From: Zootoca vivipara
Lineage: Eukaryota
Direction of reading: 5' to 3'
Assembly: GCF_963506605.1 (NCBI RefSeq)
Contig: NC_083279.1
Span: forward strand, 17,236,001 to 17,300,000
Length of the DNA: 64,000 nt
Shown here: positions 1-13,160 of the stretch, in pieces
Layout: each line of letters begins with the position of its first letter
Numbering within the stretch: position 1 is the first letter of the stretch
Notes under the pieces: model-generated
Told to the model about the DNA's origin: nothing
Database searches by the model: none
The model's input: only the letters and a program-made list of their open reading frames with translations
Program-made: the position numbers and the translations under genes

Positions 1-619
1 TTTAAAGGGTTGTCAAATTTGGGCTGTAGCCATAATTTCCGCTTCCTTCCTATATTTTGGATTGCTCTGATATGGTTCCTCCCATTAAGGATCAAAATAA
101 TTCAAAATCCTGAAGAAGACAAGTGTCCTAAAATAACAAGTTCCACTTCAAATTGAAAGTGGCGGTATCCAATCACTTCAATTCCTGGATTCAATCTAGA
201 AATACCACCTAAGGCAAGGCCTAGTTTGGGCTGCTCCCACATCCAGGCTGCTTTAGGGCTCCATACTCATCCCTTGATGCTATTTCAGGACTCACAATCC
301 ATGCACAAGTTTTTGCAGCAGGAATTCACTGATTCTGGTATCTGTCCAGTGGTTCTACCCATGGGGGGTTCCCATGTTTTCCCTGCAATGCCTTTAGAAC
401 AAAACTACATCATGGTGCAATGTTATTCCAACTAATTTGTTGTGAAGGACACATAGGGACCTGCTTTGCTACTGATTGTTCCAACTTCATCACCATTTGT
501 GGCAGACGAACAACCACACAAAGGGGGGAAACTGCAGTTGTTGTTGTTTGATTAAAAATTCTATACTTTATCATGCTCCCCCAGCAGGGAATGGCAGGCA
601 GAAGAAGTGTGCTAGGACA

Positions 620-961
620 GCCACTTTCAAATATCTGAAGATCTGTCACATGGAAGATGTTGTTGTTTTTTTGTTTTTTTTTTTGCTGTTCCAGAAGAGA
701 GGACCTAAACCAATGAATTCTAACTGCAAGAAAGGAGATTCTGACTAATCATTAGAAAGAATTTTCTGACAGTAAGAGCTGTTTGACAGTGGAATGGACT
801 GCTTCGGAAAGCCATGGACTCTCCCTTCACAAGAGGTTTTAAAGCAGAGATTGGATGGTCATCTGTCAGAGATTCTTCAGCTGTGACCCCTAGCATTGCA
901 GGGAGGTTGGACTAGATAGCCCTTGGGAGTATGTTCCAACTCTACAATTCTATGATTCTAT
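620..961 (+). mobile_element. CR1 LINE 3' fragment
   Basis: Degenerate CR1 ORF2 end (AGAAAGAATTTTCTGACAGTAAGAGCTGTT...CAGTGGAA) followed by the CR1 3' tail GGTTGGACTAGAT...TTCCAACTCTACAATTCTATGATTCTAT. Confidence 0.8.
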
Positions 962-1888
962 GTTTCTCTACCACAAAGGGGCTGCTCAGGCCTTGTGGAA
1001 TTGCAAACCATGAAAACAATTCTTTCCAGGTGGCCTTACAGATCTTCCCCCTCATTACTCCTTGCTATGTAATTAATTTTAGCATTGTAGGAACAAAATA
1101 CAATTGCAATTTTCTTTGGAGGGCAGGAAATGAAGTAGAGGTGAGTAATTTATTGCTAAAGGGATGTTTATAGTCGTGCAACAGTTATGGATGGTGGTGG
1201 TTGAGTAATACTAATGAGATGTAAGATGGCAGATCCTGACCCCCAGATAAGGCTACATCTTTGCTGTTGTTTATGCTGTAGGATGTCCCACATAATTTTA
1301 TATTTATGAGGTTTAACTGCTTTGTGCAGATAAATGACTGAAGGTCGCCATGAAATGATATCATTAGAAAAGGCAACATGAAACCAATTCTCCAGTGAAT
1401 GAGTTATGGAGATATTTGGACATCAGGACGAAACGTTTGAAGCCAGTTAATTATGAATAACCCCTTCTGTGGCAGATGATGAGAAATCACCTTCAAATCA
1501 AAATAGTTGGAGGAAGGAAGAAAATGAATTAAAATTATGAGTACCATTAGTTGTATTATAGCCAGGGAAATCATTAGCATGGATGAATATTTTTATAGTA
1601 GATGTACCAAAAAAAACACCATTGGTAACATCAATTTTACATAATAATATGTAATATGCCCATAATATCTTCATAAATTTTGTTTTGTTATATGCCAGAG
1701 TCGGAGAACATCTACCCAGATGCTGCTGGACTATTACTATCATGGCCAATAGTCAAGGGATGGTGGAGTTCAGCAACAAGGCACAAGTTTCCCCCATAAT
1801 GACCAAATGATAAGTCATCAACTACTGAGACATGAAATGATGCATGCCAAAGCTAGTATTTATCAGGTGCATAGTCTTATTCTTGATA

Positions 1889-3382
1889 TGTCATGAATGA
1901 ACCAGCTCAAGAAAGCAGGCAGGGAGAGATAGAGTTAACTGAAAGTCAGGAGGTTTATAGCCAGGAGGCAACTCTTCCGCCCTTAGGATTGCAGTCAGAT
2001 AACAGTGGCGTTAGCAGACAGCCGCTAGCCTGTGAGGGTGCGAGTGAAGTACAAAAATACAGGGAAGAGAATCAGACACAGCTCTGAGAGTAAGAGGGAC
2101 CTCAGAAGCAGATCGTTGGAGAACAAGGAAGGGGGGGAGCTGACCCCCTTTCTCCAAATCTCGGCATATAGGAGGTATTCAAGACAGGCTACGTCACAAG
2201 AGGAAGTTTGTCTGCTTCTGGAAGCGGGAGAAACAACGTCCTTAGAAGGGACATCTTTGATTTATAGATGGACGTCTGAAATATCCACTCAGGGAAATAT
2301 ATTTTTCGCTCCATAAGACACACTTTTTTTCCTCCTAAAAGTAAGGGGAAATGTTTGTGTGTCTTATGGAGCAAATGTGTGGTCAATTGCAGGCTCCCTT
2401 TCCAGCCCTGCCCCCTTCCCCAGGCCTCCATTGTTGAATGTTCTGCAGACGGAGGCTGTTTGTTGCCCCAGCGACATGTGACTGGCTGATTAGATTAGCT
2501 GTCTGGAAACTGTAGAAACGGCTCCCTTTCCTTTCCTAAAGAAGCTGCAGAACTGTGAGTCGAACCCCACAAAAACAGGATTTTCCCCCTTTGCAAAGTA
2601 AGCTCAACAACTTTGAGCTGATCCTCAAAAAAGGGGCTTTTCCCCTTTGCCAAAGAAGCTGCACAACTTTGAGCTGGTCCTAAAAAAGGGGGGGACTTTC
2701 CCCCTTTCCTCCTTTAAAAACTAGTTTTTATATATATATATATAACAGGGGTTATACCCGGGAACCTTGTTTTTCCGAAGGACAGTACTTTTTGGCTGAA
2801 CCTGGCACCATTGGATACTTCTGCTGCCATCTCATGGACCTGGGCCCTACCACGCCCTTTTCCCAACTGGATCTACGAGTACCTGGTCTACACTTGCTGC
2901 ACCTCTTCTCTTTGGGTACCCCTTGATTATCTTATTCGTTTGGACTGTGACCTTGATTAACACTTTAAGTTTGGGGTTGTCCCCTCGCCTTTGACAGAGG
3001 TTGTTCCTACGTACATAATAACAAAAATTTCTTAATTCATTCTGTATTAGTTCATGCATTTTATTATAGCCGGTTACGGTTGTGTATAACCTTTATGTGT
3101 TCGTAACTGAGGTCTGTGTTGTAGTCTTATATTTGATCCTCAAAAAAGGGGCTTTTCCCCTTTGCCAAAGAAGCTGCACAACTTTGAGCTGGTCCTAAAA
3201 AGGGGGGGGGGACTTTCCCCCTTTCCCCCTTTAAAAAACTAGGTGTGTCTTATGGTCAGGTGCATCTTATGGAGTGAAAAAATATGGTACATTTGTGTTT
3301 GTTTGTTTTTGCAATAAATCTTCTTTGATTAACTAGTCTCATTTGTTATCAAGAACCCCTTTCATAATAGCGTGATCTAACA
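1889..3382 (+). mobile_element. Possible solo LTR interrupted by a MITE
   Basis: Starts TGTCATG, has AATAAA near 3313 and ends TAACA; no TSD found. Confidence 0.35.
2297..3289. mobile_element. Tc1/mariner (Tigger-like) non-autonomous element
   Basis: Terminal inverted repeats ATATTTTTCGCTCCATAAGACAC ... GCATCTTATGGAGTGAAAAAATATGGTA. Confidence 0.65.
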
Positions 3383-3487
3383 GTCCTCCTCATTTATTTG
3401 CAAGCTGCCTTTCCATAGTTAAACCATGCTCAAGGTGGCTTACAACACAAATACACAATTACAAAGCACAACAGGATCTAAGCAGAG

Positions 3488-3890
3488 CCTCCAAGTGTCC
3501 CTATTTTCCAGGGATAGTCCCAGATTTACAGAAGCCATCCCGGTTTCTGATTTGATCCCAGAATGTCCCAATTTTCCTTAAGACGTTCCTATTTTCAGTG
3601 GAGATATGTTCAAACGTATGGTAGGGCACCCCTATTTTAATCAGAGAAATGTTGGAGGGTTATGTGACTCCCAAGCCAAGGAGATTAGTAATTGTGCAAC
3701 TTTTCGAAGACATCTGAAGGCAGTTCTGTATAGAGAAGTTTTAAAATGTATTTTTTTATGTTTTTATATATGTTGGAAGCCACCCAGAGTGGCTGGGGCA
3801 ACCCAGACAGATGGGCAGGGTATAAATAAAATCATCACCTTCATCATTGTACAGGATGTCTCTATTTTCATAGGAGAAATATTGGAGGGC
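3488..3890 (+). mobile_element. Non-autonomous element carrying an L2-like 3' tail (copy 1)
   Basis: CCTCCAAGTGTCCCTATTTTCCAGGGA...TTGGAGGG; homologous copies at 11325-11680 (-) and 52171-52932 (+). Confidence 0.65.
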
Positions 3891-4640
3891 ATATCTAAGT
3901 TGTCATAGACAATAAATGAAAACATCTGAATAAGTGCCAGAAAATCAAGCAGTCCCCACATAGTTCATCATCATGTCTATCAAGGACAATACAGAAACAT
4001 TATACCAATAACAGCATTGATTAAGCAACTCCAAAATCAAATCTCAACCCAAACACAAACTCATAAGCAATACCTCCACCTCAGTGGTCTTGGTCTCTAG
4101 CCCCTTCAGCCAGGAGCAGCAGCTTTTGTAGGCAGCTAGTCAGGGACCAGCCCTGCCAGGTCACATAAAAATAGGCTAGCCAAGCAGGGAGCAGGTCTTA
4201 CAGGAATCAGAGCAAGGATGGCCTCGGTCCTCTTTGGATAGCAATGGTATATCTACAAGGCTGTTTGTGTCAGGCCCGTAATTATGACACCTTTTTCTGG
4301 CCACTTCTAACGGTTTTGGGAAAGTGTTGGCTGTTTTCCTGCAGGGTTGCCATTCCAGGGGAAGATTAAACTGCTCTGGGGTCAAGGGCTTTACAATGGA
4401 ACCCTACAGCTGCTTACTTGGAAGTAAGTCCTCATTTGCCCCGATGAGCCCTACTCCCTAGTAAGCATGTTTAGGATTGCAGCATTCAGTGGAGATTATT
4501 TCCAGGAAGGAGTGCATAAGATTGCCGTTTCATTGCTAATTATGCTATATGCAGTCTAATAGGAATTCAGTTCTATGTTTGACATTTACTCCTCCCCCAA
4601 CCCTTTCTATGGTTCCTTGCTCTGTGCCTTCAGGATTTGA

Positions 4641-4641
<1 letters not shown>

Positions 4642-4693
<52 letters not shown>

Positions 4694-5020
4694 TATTTGT
4701 ACCCCGCCCTCCCTGGCCAGAGCTGGACTCAGGGCAGCTAACGTCATAAAACTAACACAGTATACAAAGAACATAAGAACAGGCAATCAATCAATTAAAA
4801 TACATCTTAAAATTAGTTCAGAACAGATTAAAATCTGGACAGATGGCAGTCCATGGGTAAAATTGAGAATGGTTAATATTCTTCAAGGCCAAATATTACC
4901 ACTGGTCTTATAAAGGACTTGTGGGCTGGCTAGGAGGCCTCTTTAATGCTTGTTCTTATACAGAAAGAAAAGAATCAGGTTGAACCCCCACCAAAGGCCT
5001 GGCGGAACAGCTCCGTCTTG
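4642..5020 (-). mobile_element. L2-like LINE 3' end with (AAT)n tail
   Basis: (AAT)n at 4642-4690, then reverse-complement similarity to 56680-57160 (e.g. CCAAAGGCCTGGCGGAACAGCTCCGTCTTG). Confidence 0.6.
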
Positions 5021-6085
5021 CTGTATTTGCAAACAGATAAATGGATGGGTGTGATAGGGAATCCTCCATCATTTTCTAAAACAGGGAGAAATGATGTAAG
5101 AGCTTTCTCTGATAATTACACTACAGCAGCACACCCCATTTGCATAGGTTTCTACACTGCAGTATAATTAGAATAATGGTTAATCTGGCCATGAAATTTG
5201 TTCCCTCTTGGCGTCGCATCCTTTCACCTTGCAGTTCTTGGTAGTTTGCCCATTTTTTAATGTCCATATTAATAGTACTCCTCTTCACGTTCTCCCCCCC
5301 CCCTTTCTTTTTATAGATGCTCTTATTATTTCACTCAATGTAGTATGTGGATAAAAGCGCTTTTTTCCCCCAAAGTTTCCTAAAAGAACAGGAGCATGCT
5401 AAACTATTTCGGAGACATTCACACAAGAAGGAAACTAAAAATCATGCTGCTTTTTTGTTTTTTGTTTTTTGTCTAGAGTGCCCCTGGTCACATAGAACGA
5501 ACGAGACAAAGTCGGAAATGTGATTCCATTCGGGGAAGAAGCTTCTGATGGGGAGAGTGTTTGAGCTTCCCAAAATACTGGAATGGGGGCCTTATATCCA
5601 AACAGATTACAGAGAGAGAGTCCTCAAATGGCAGCATAAATGAAAAATATTTTCAGCCTCGGCTTTATACCACATAAGCTCTTTACAATCCTTATCCAAA
5701 GGCCAATATCTGATGGCCACTTTTCAGCCTTTCGTTCAGTCTTTTTATCGTGTATCTTGTAACTCAAAAGTTATTAGGAGGTCTGTGCTCTTTTTCAGGG
5801 CTAAGAAAATGCTGAGGTCAGCCCAGATCTATTAATATTTTTCTTTGGGGTCTGGAGAGGGGGAGGGGACACCTTTGGGCAACCAGATATGGAGCACAAC
5901 CAATTTCTTCTGATCAATTTGATTCATCACCGTTCCATTTAACGCTACATTCTAACCAAGAAGATGGGGTCATTACAATTTCTAATTATGGTTTTTCGCT
6001 TAGAACATCCTCATTTAAAACTTTTTAAAAAGAAACAAGCAAACACTGTACACTGTGAGCAGCTGGTTTTCGCAAGGCCGCTCAC

Positions 6086-6541
6086 CTTTTGCCAGTGGGC
6101 AGTGTTGCGAACAGGCCTCCGGGTCCCCGCAGTGATCCATTTTAAAATTACTGTCTTGCTTTCATTGAAGCTGGTGTGTGACAAAAGTGACTTATGGACA
6201 TCCTTCATTTTTCCACTGAAGGTTTTGTGAATGAAGAGCAATTCAGGGATGTGTATACATGGCATACTGTTGAACAAACACTGGAACCAGACTGTTTCCT
6301 TCTTCCACTTGATTTCTAACCTCTGATTCCATTGCACTACCTTTTTCAAACTGTTGAAGAAACTTTAAAGTATCGTACTGATTGCTGAGCAATTTGAGAA
6401 CGAGTAAATGTGCAATTCTGCTGGGAGTAGGTGTAATAATAAGCACTCTTATTGTACGAAGTAGCACCGGCGCTGTCTTGTGTTCTATTACTATGGTGGC
6501 AGCAGGGCACCCTGACACATCTCTGTGGGTGGCATCTCTGC
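6086..6541 (-). other. Candidate host exon, possibly a first coding exon (MDHCGDPEACSQHCPLAK, ATG at 6140)
   Basis: Non-repetitive sequence; minus-strand acceptor TTCTAATTCCAATCAG|G, donor AAAAG|GTGAGC, ATG in context AAAATGG; protein not recognised. Confidence 0.3.
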
Positions 6542-6671
6542 CTGATTGGAATTAGAAATAAGCCAAGTATTATCAGAAGTCACACTTTGAGCACCCCAGC
6601 TGGTGTCTCTAGAAGAAAACCCATACAAAGAGAACCGCCTTCTATAAACACTGATGCCCACATGTGTTCAA

Positions 6672-6920
6672 CATAGCTGCCAACTTTCGGATTTGAAAAT
6701 AAGGGATCAGCAGCCTCACCTGTCCACTTTCTGATTTGAAAATAAGGGATCAGCAGCCTCACCTGTCCTGGGGACAGTCTACGGTATATCTAACAATCCA
6801 AGATAGCAGCGGGAAACGGCGCTGGAATAAGGGAATTTCCAGCAAAAAAAGGGAAAGTTGACAGCTGTGGCTTAGATTAAGGGAGTTTCCCGCAAAAAAA
6901 AGGGAGGGTTGGCAGCTATG
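6672..6920. mobile_element. hAT-type MITE (CATAGCTGCC family)
   Basis: TIR CATAGCTGCCAAC/GTTGGCAGCTATG, perfect 8-bp TSD GTGTTCAA. Confidence 0.8.
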
Positions 6921-8689
6921 GTGTTCAAATAAAAAAAAAGCAAAGCACAAAAGGCAGCAATAAATAATTTGACTGAGTGTAATAAAAAGAATGGAGATGA
7001 GTCTGAGACAACAGAAGCCTTCAAGCCGACTCTAGCATGGAAATGGGGGTGGAGCCTGTGGACATGCATAGAAGCGACTTCCAGTGCCATGTCTGGGCAC
7101 CGGAAATCGGGCAGCGCCAGGACGCAAAATGGAGCCTCCCTGGCAGGTAGGAAATCCGGGGGATTTCTGGGATTTTTTTTCAATCCAGGCTGCCAGCGGG
7201 AAACAGCTTTAAAAATGGGGGTTTCCCGCGAAAAACGGGAGACTTAGCAGCTATGCTTTGTAGTGTTTTACCTTTTTTTGACTGCATTCAATCGCCGAAC
7301 CCCAGCCAATGGTATTCAAGGGGCAGATAACAAAGGACATGCAGGGAGGGAGGGAGAGAGGATTTATATGTGACACCAGAGGGCAATGCAGAGCAATGAG
7401 CAACCAGCACCAAGGAGAAAAACCCCACTTTGGAAAATGGTGTAACCAAGTATAACTTCATTTGTCAACAAAAAGAAAAAAAAAACCCAAGGTTAACAAG
7501 TTTAAATTCGCAAGTATGCCCTGTGACGTTTTAGAATGACATATCTAATATCGTTCTAATAGGGGGAAATAATGTTAAACAGGTCAGTGCAGATCCAGCC
7601 CTAGTTCAAAATGCAGAACTTCAGAACAACTACAGTGTTTGTAAATGGTGTTTCATGTGTATAAACTGCAACAGTTTTCGACACTGGTAGGACTTGTAGG
7701 ACAGAAAACGTTAGCAAGCGCCATTTTCCTTGAATGTCATAATGTGACCAGGTGCACTGGCTCAATTTTCTTCTTCAACACAACTCTTTAAGGTCAAGGG
7801 ATGCCACCCCTGGTATATTGTCCCCTGCTCTTCACTTTAACATATATAATTCTGCATTCCACAGCCAGCATTTTTCTACAGGTTCCAGAGTGTTTCATAA
7901 ATGTCCTTGTGGCCTATCAGCCAGGTGCTAGCAATTAGTCACTGATCACAAACATCGGATAATGTATAAGAGACGATTAACATAATTGTTTGAAACAAAT
8001 GTAAAATTGCTGCATTATCACTAATCAGCCGATGTCCTTCTAGGGAATGTAATCACAACCAGATGTGAAATGCACTTAGGCTAAAAAGAAACCCGCTTTT
8101 TACACATTTCATTGTTCTGCCGTATGTCAGAAGAGCTGGTGGAATTCTGATACTGTAAATGGAGGCACAGAGGAGGAGGAGGAGAGGCTGTCCGCATTAG
8201 TTCTTATTGAACACAGAGCAGCAGGTTGGCAAACAGATGATCACTAATGAACTTGCAGACATAATAGAGAAACACACCAATAATTAGGTGCACGGTAGGT
8301 GAGCATTCAGTTCAAGACTAGCAGCTGGATGGTTAGGCTAAAGTCAATAATTATGATACGTTGAACATTGTGCCGTGCCGTAGGCAGCATTATTTGCCAA
8401 CTATATAATAGTCAGCAACTAGCAGCTTCAGGGTTAAGTCTCCACCCATCTCTAGTAACAACAATGTGACCCCATAGCTCACAACTGGGGTCAAGAGAAT
8501 CTATGCATGCAGGGTCGTAGCTATGGCCTTGAGGCCAAGGGATGAGATACAGTAGATGGGACTCCGACCTGCTACTGTCAATCTCCACAGGTGACCCTCC
8601 AGGTGAGCCTCTGGGGAAGAAATAAAGAGTTGGTTTTCAGAGCTTTGGAAACACTAATGATACCACAGGGATGAAAGCCCATCAACCAA

Positions 8690-9190
8690 AAAACAAACAA
8701 ACCCCAGAGTCCTTTTTGTTGGGGATAATTCAGGTGGAAATTCCCAGGTGTCAAAAACGGTTATTTATGTATGCCACCGCTGCAACTTGTGTTTTGTTAG
8801 CCCAAAAATAGAAAATGGGCGAAGTCCCAAATAAAGAAGAATGGTAACTTAAACTGATAGAATATACACAGCTTTGCAGACTTAACATATAGAATAAGAG
8901 AACAAAAAGAACATATCTTAAAGAAGTTTGGAAAATGTTTATTGAATATACGGAGGAAAATTGTGTATACAGTATTTGAAAACGTGGGCAGCATTAAGAT
9001 AAATTCAACAGTGTGAATAAGTTTTGATGGATGTAATAATGGAATACTGAATGGTTTAGTTTATAGAAAATATGCAGGGATTTATGTTGTGCAAAACGAA
9101 CCATGGAAAGAGAAGAAGGGAAGTCATTGATATTTTAAGGTTGTTTAAATAAATATTATAAAATGTAAAACAGAAAATTTAATTTAAAAA
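8690..9190 (+). mobile_element. L1 LINE 3' fragment (degenerate ORF2 C-terminus and 3' UTR)
   Basis: Reads PESFLLGII...RLFMYAT...EVP.KEEW.LKLIEY with stops and frameshifts; A-rich end followed by (GA)n. Confidence 0.65.
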
Positions 9191-9200
9191 TATAGGAAAG

Positions 9201-9204
<4 letters not shown>

Positions 9205-9264
<60 letters not shown>
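9205..9264. repeat. (GA)n microsatellite
   Basis: Seen directly. Confidence 0.95.
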
Positions 9265-9269
<5 letters not shown>

Positions 9270-9664
9270 CCATCTGCAGGGTCCTCCCCGCCCACCCGTC
9301 AATCTATTTTTACCAAGGTGCTCTTGACTTGGTGATCTTGGAAGTTCTTAAGAAATGCAAATAGAATATTATTGCCTTGATAAACACATTTGATTAGCCA
9401 CAAGCCTTTACCTTACTGAAAGGGGATGAGCAAGGCTTTCTCAGGAAAGCCAGAAGGATTATTTGATCTAATAAGGGTGTGATATGCTTTCTCATTTATA
9501 ATCATTTAATCCCAAAGGGGTATTATTTGCTGAAGTAAGGCTTGCATTAGATTGTGATTCTGGATTCTGGTTGCAGTATGAAACCTTCTGCTTCTGTCCA
9601 TCACAAGGATACTCTCATGAATTGAACCAGAGCAAAATTTGACACATAACTATAGGTCAGATAA

Positions 9665-10013
9665 GGGACCCAGGTGGCGCTGTGGTTAAACCACTGAGCC
9701 TAGGGCTTGCTGATCAGAAGGTCGGTGGTTCGAATCCCTGTGACGGGGTGAGCTCCCATTGCTTGGTCCCAGCTCCTGCCAACCTAGCAGTTCGAAAGCA
9801 CGTCAAAATGCAAGTAGATAAATAGGAACTGCTACAGCGGGAAGGTAAACGGCGTTTCCATGTGCTGCTCTGGTTCGCCAGAAGCGGCTTTGTCATGCTG
9901 GCCACATGACCTGGAAGCTATACGCCGGCTCCCTCGGCCAATAATGTGAGATGAGTGCGCAACCCCAGAGTCGGTCATGACTGGACCTAATGGTCAGGGG
10001 TCCCTTTACCTTT
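9665..10013 (+). mobile_element. Sauria SINE
   Basis: GGGACCCAGGTGGCGCTGTGGTTAAACC...GGTTCGAATCC (A/B boxes)...GGGTCCCTTTACCTTT; near-identical copies elsewhere in the window. Confidence 0.9.
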
Positions 10014-10082
10014 ATAGGTCAGATACAGAGTCATCCGTTGATGGCTGATATATGCATGTCTATTGTATCATATGCTTAACTA

Positions 10083-10085
<3 letters not shown>

Positions 10086-10128
<43 letters not shown>
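10086..10128. repeat. (TA)n microsatellite
   Basis: Seen directly. Confidence 0.95.
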
Positions 10129-10130
<2 letters not shown>

Positions 10131-11324
10131 CCAAATCAGCAGATAAAACAGACTTGCCACTTGCAGCAGAATGGAAAATGCCAGAAGAAAGTTCAAATGA
10201 ATGCTGGAATATTTCTACATCCCTAGTACAGATTTCCAACTGAACTGAGCTTCTTCCTTACATTCTCTCCCTAGTGTAGTTGATTACCTCATTTTATTTA
10301 TTCATATATGTATAAGTATAAGACACACACACACAGAGAGAGAGGTTTCCTTTCAATCAATGTGGCACATATGAAACCAAACCTTTCTCCTACACATTTC
10401 TATTCTGAGACTTGAAAGAACTGATAATATTTATTTGAGCTGATGAGCAAGATAAAAACTGGATAAAAAAATAAACCGGGGGGGTGGGGGGAATTAAAAA
10501 TGTTGGGCATCACCTAGCCAGTGTCAGATTTCAGCACATATGATAGAAAGCAGAGTTAAACGTGTTCAAATTTGGCTAAATCATACCCATAGGTTTTCAA
10601 GATTGTTTTTATTTAAAAAAATACAATGTGATTTGTTTTTTTCAAGGCAGCTGCATGCTGCCACAAGGTATTTTCTTAGATCTTCATAAACATTACTACA
10701 TCTTAACTGTACTGAATTCCTCGTTTGGATATTAGCATGCTATTGAGTGGGATTTTTTAATAACATTTAGTACAGTTGGTGGTCTAATACAATTTAATTC
10801 TCTAATAAATGGGATAAAAGTAAGTGCAATGTGATTAGCAAACACCGAAGACAAACATTTCTTTATAATGGCAATATTAACTAGGGATGCTCAATTTAAC
10901 AACCAAAAACACCCCTCGCCCCCGCAATTTAAGTACATCCTAAATTATACATAGCTAGACACATTTGGGGTTCATTAAAAATGCAGCAAGAAATATCAGT
11001 GGGGCTGTTGCGGAATTACAAGACAAAATCCTAACCTGACAAGGCAAACAAGTGGCAGATTTAATATATAAACGTGTGTGATCAAGACACAATTGCAACG
11101 ATCAACTGGTATAACCACCAGCCTGTCCTTTGGTGGACATACCTGTCCACTTGATACTGCAGTCGAAGAATAAACATGCATACAGCATCTGTGAATTAAG
11201 CTAAATGACAAAAGAACAGGTCCTTTTTTCTTTCCCAGAAAGAAATCAAGTAGTCCTGTGGAAGTCCAGATGGGTGAATTGTGTGTATTGTTGTATTTGG
11301 TGGTGATCTCCTTCTGGCTGAGTA

Positions 11325-11680
11325 CCATACCTTCCAACATTTCTCCAACAAAAATAGGGGCACCCCTATTTCCCCCCCCCCCCCGTTATTTTTACCCCAT
11401 CCATCTGACGGTTTGCTCTAGCCACTCTGGGCAGCTTACAACATATATACAAACAGAATAAAACCTCCCTAGACAAGTCTGCCTTTAGATGTCTTCTAAA
11501 GGTTGTAGATTTACTTATCTCCTTGGCTCAGGGGTTGCATAACTCCATACCCTCCAACATTTCTCCAATGAAAATAGGGATGTCCTAAGGAAAAGGAGGA
11601 CATTCTGGGATCAAAGCAGAAACTGGGACGGCTTCTGTAAATCTGGGACTGTCCCTGGAAAACAGGGACACTCGGAGGGC
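11325..11680 (-). mobile_element. Non-autonomous element carrying an L2-like 3' tail (copy 2)
   Basis: Reverse complement of the 3488-3890 element. Confidence 0.65.
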
Positions 11681-11962
11681 CAGGATGGGAGAGAGGCAGC
11701 AATGAGTTTGGATTGGTTCCACTGACATGCTGGCACCATATATTTGATGCCATTGCCTTTCCCAGTCTCCATCCCAGTATGCAGCAGAAGCTCAAACACA
11801 ATTTTTATATGCAGTGCAAAATTCAGACAAGTCTACCATCCAACTGCAATGGAGGCAGCAGCATGCTTTTCAATACCAGTTGCAGGAGGGAAGAGTGCTC
11901 TTGTTCTCAAGTCCTGCTTGTGGGTTGGCCACTATGAGAGTAGGATGCTGGACTACATATAC

Positions 11963-12105
11963 ACCTGGGATAGCTCAGTAGGTAGAACATGAGACTCTTA
12001 ATATCAGAACTGTGGGTTTGAGCCCCTTGTTGAATGAAAACTTCTTTCCTTACAGGGAGTTAGGCTAGATTACTCTTGTGGTCCCTTTCAAGTCCATGAT
12101 TCTCT
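11963..12105 (+). mobile_element. Degenerate tRNA-derived SINE with CR1-like tail
   Basis: CCTGGGATAGCTCAGTAGGTAGAACATGAGACTCTTAAT (tRNA-Lys-like head), then GTTAGGCTAGAT...GTCCCTTTCAAG...ATGATTCT. Confidence 0.6.
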
Positions 12106-12923
12106 GAGCCTTTGGCCTGATCCAGCAGGCTCTTCTCATGTTAACTGCATTCCAATTCCCATATAAGTCCAGAAAGTGAACAAAATTCTCCTCCAACCCT
12201 AAATTTAGCACTCCTGTCAGAATATTTTTATGGAGAGTAGCAATAGCTGTATCACGCTATCTGAATAGTTATGCCTTTTTATTTTGTTCTTTTCATACAG
12301 CAAGCAACAAGGGACCTTGCTATCGTTTCCAAATATTTCTCAGAATTGCTGGAGAATCTTGAAATGCTACTCAAAAGTCAAGAAGAGGTCATATAAGAGA
12401 CATAAAACGTTCCAGAGCTGCAGAAAGACACCAGAGCTGCATGGCACGCAAAAACAAATTGGACTTAGGGCAATATGATATATAAGTATATATTTTCAAG
12501 TGTCTTCGAGTGCTTTGTATATATTGGGCGCAGGAACAACATGTACCAGAATGCATCTTAGAAGGAAAACGATGGAAAATGCAAAAATAAAACTGAGGGC
12601 CTTTTCTGAGAAATGGAAAGGAATGAGCTGGTGGATGTTTTAAAGCATGGGAGGCATGTCTGCATACCAGACATGGGCTTTCTGATAACAGAGAACATAA
12701 TGGGGGGGGGATAACTTTGATGGTTTCTCACCACTTTTAGGGAGGGAGGGATTGCCCACAAACCTTGGAATGAAGACCCCAGACAATAGTTGGGGTTAAA
12801 GGAAGGAGCAAGGAAAGAAAGGAAAGGAAATAAACAAGTAGTGGTATGAACATAAGCTTTTAATCCAGTCCTATACATTAGGGATGCTTTACTTACAACC
12901 TAAACAAGGATCTGCAAACACTG

Positions 12924-13160
12924 CAGGGCCGGCCCTACGGCCAGGCTGGGTGGCGCAGGGTGCCTGCCCGCCCGCTGCGCAGCTGCGCCTGCCCGTCCGT
13001 CGCGGAGCTGCGTCCGCCCGCCCGCCCGCTGTGGTGTGTGCTGCGCCCGCCCATGCAGCTATGCCAGCCCGCCATGCTGGGAAACGGGGCAGGATGAGGG
13101 CGCCGGAGGGATCCGTCGCACCACGGCGCCAGGGCGCCAAATATACTTAAGACGGCCCTG
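12924..13160. mobile_element. hAT-type MITE, GC-rich
   Basis: TIR CAGGGCCG/CGGCCCTG; 8-bp TSD AAACACTG/AAACCCTG (1 mismatch). Confidence 0.75.

Noticed and set aside
4080-4395. Another solo Ngaro-like unit
   Set aside because: Only scattered short word matches; no poly(A) block or clear core
5477-5680. Possible exon or conserved element
   Set aside because: AG-containing boundaries exist on both strands but there is no matching donor or recognisable peptide; not supportable
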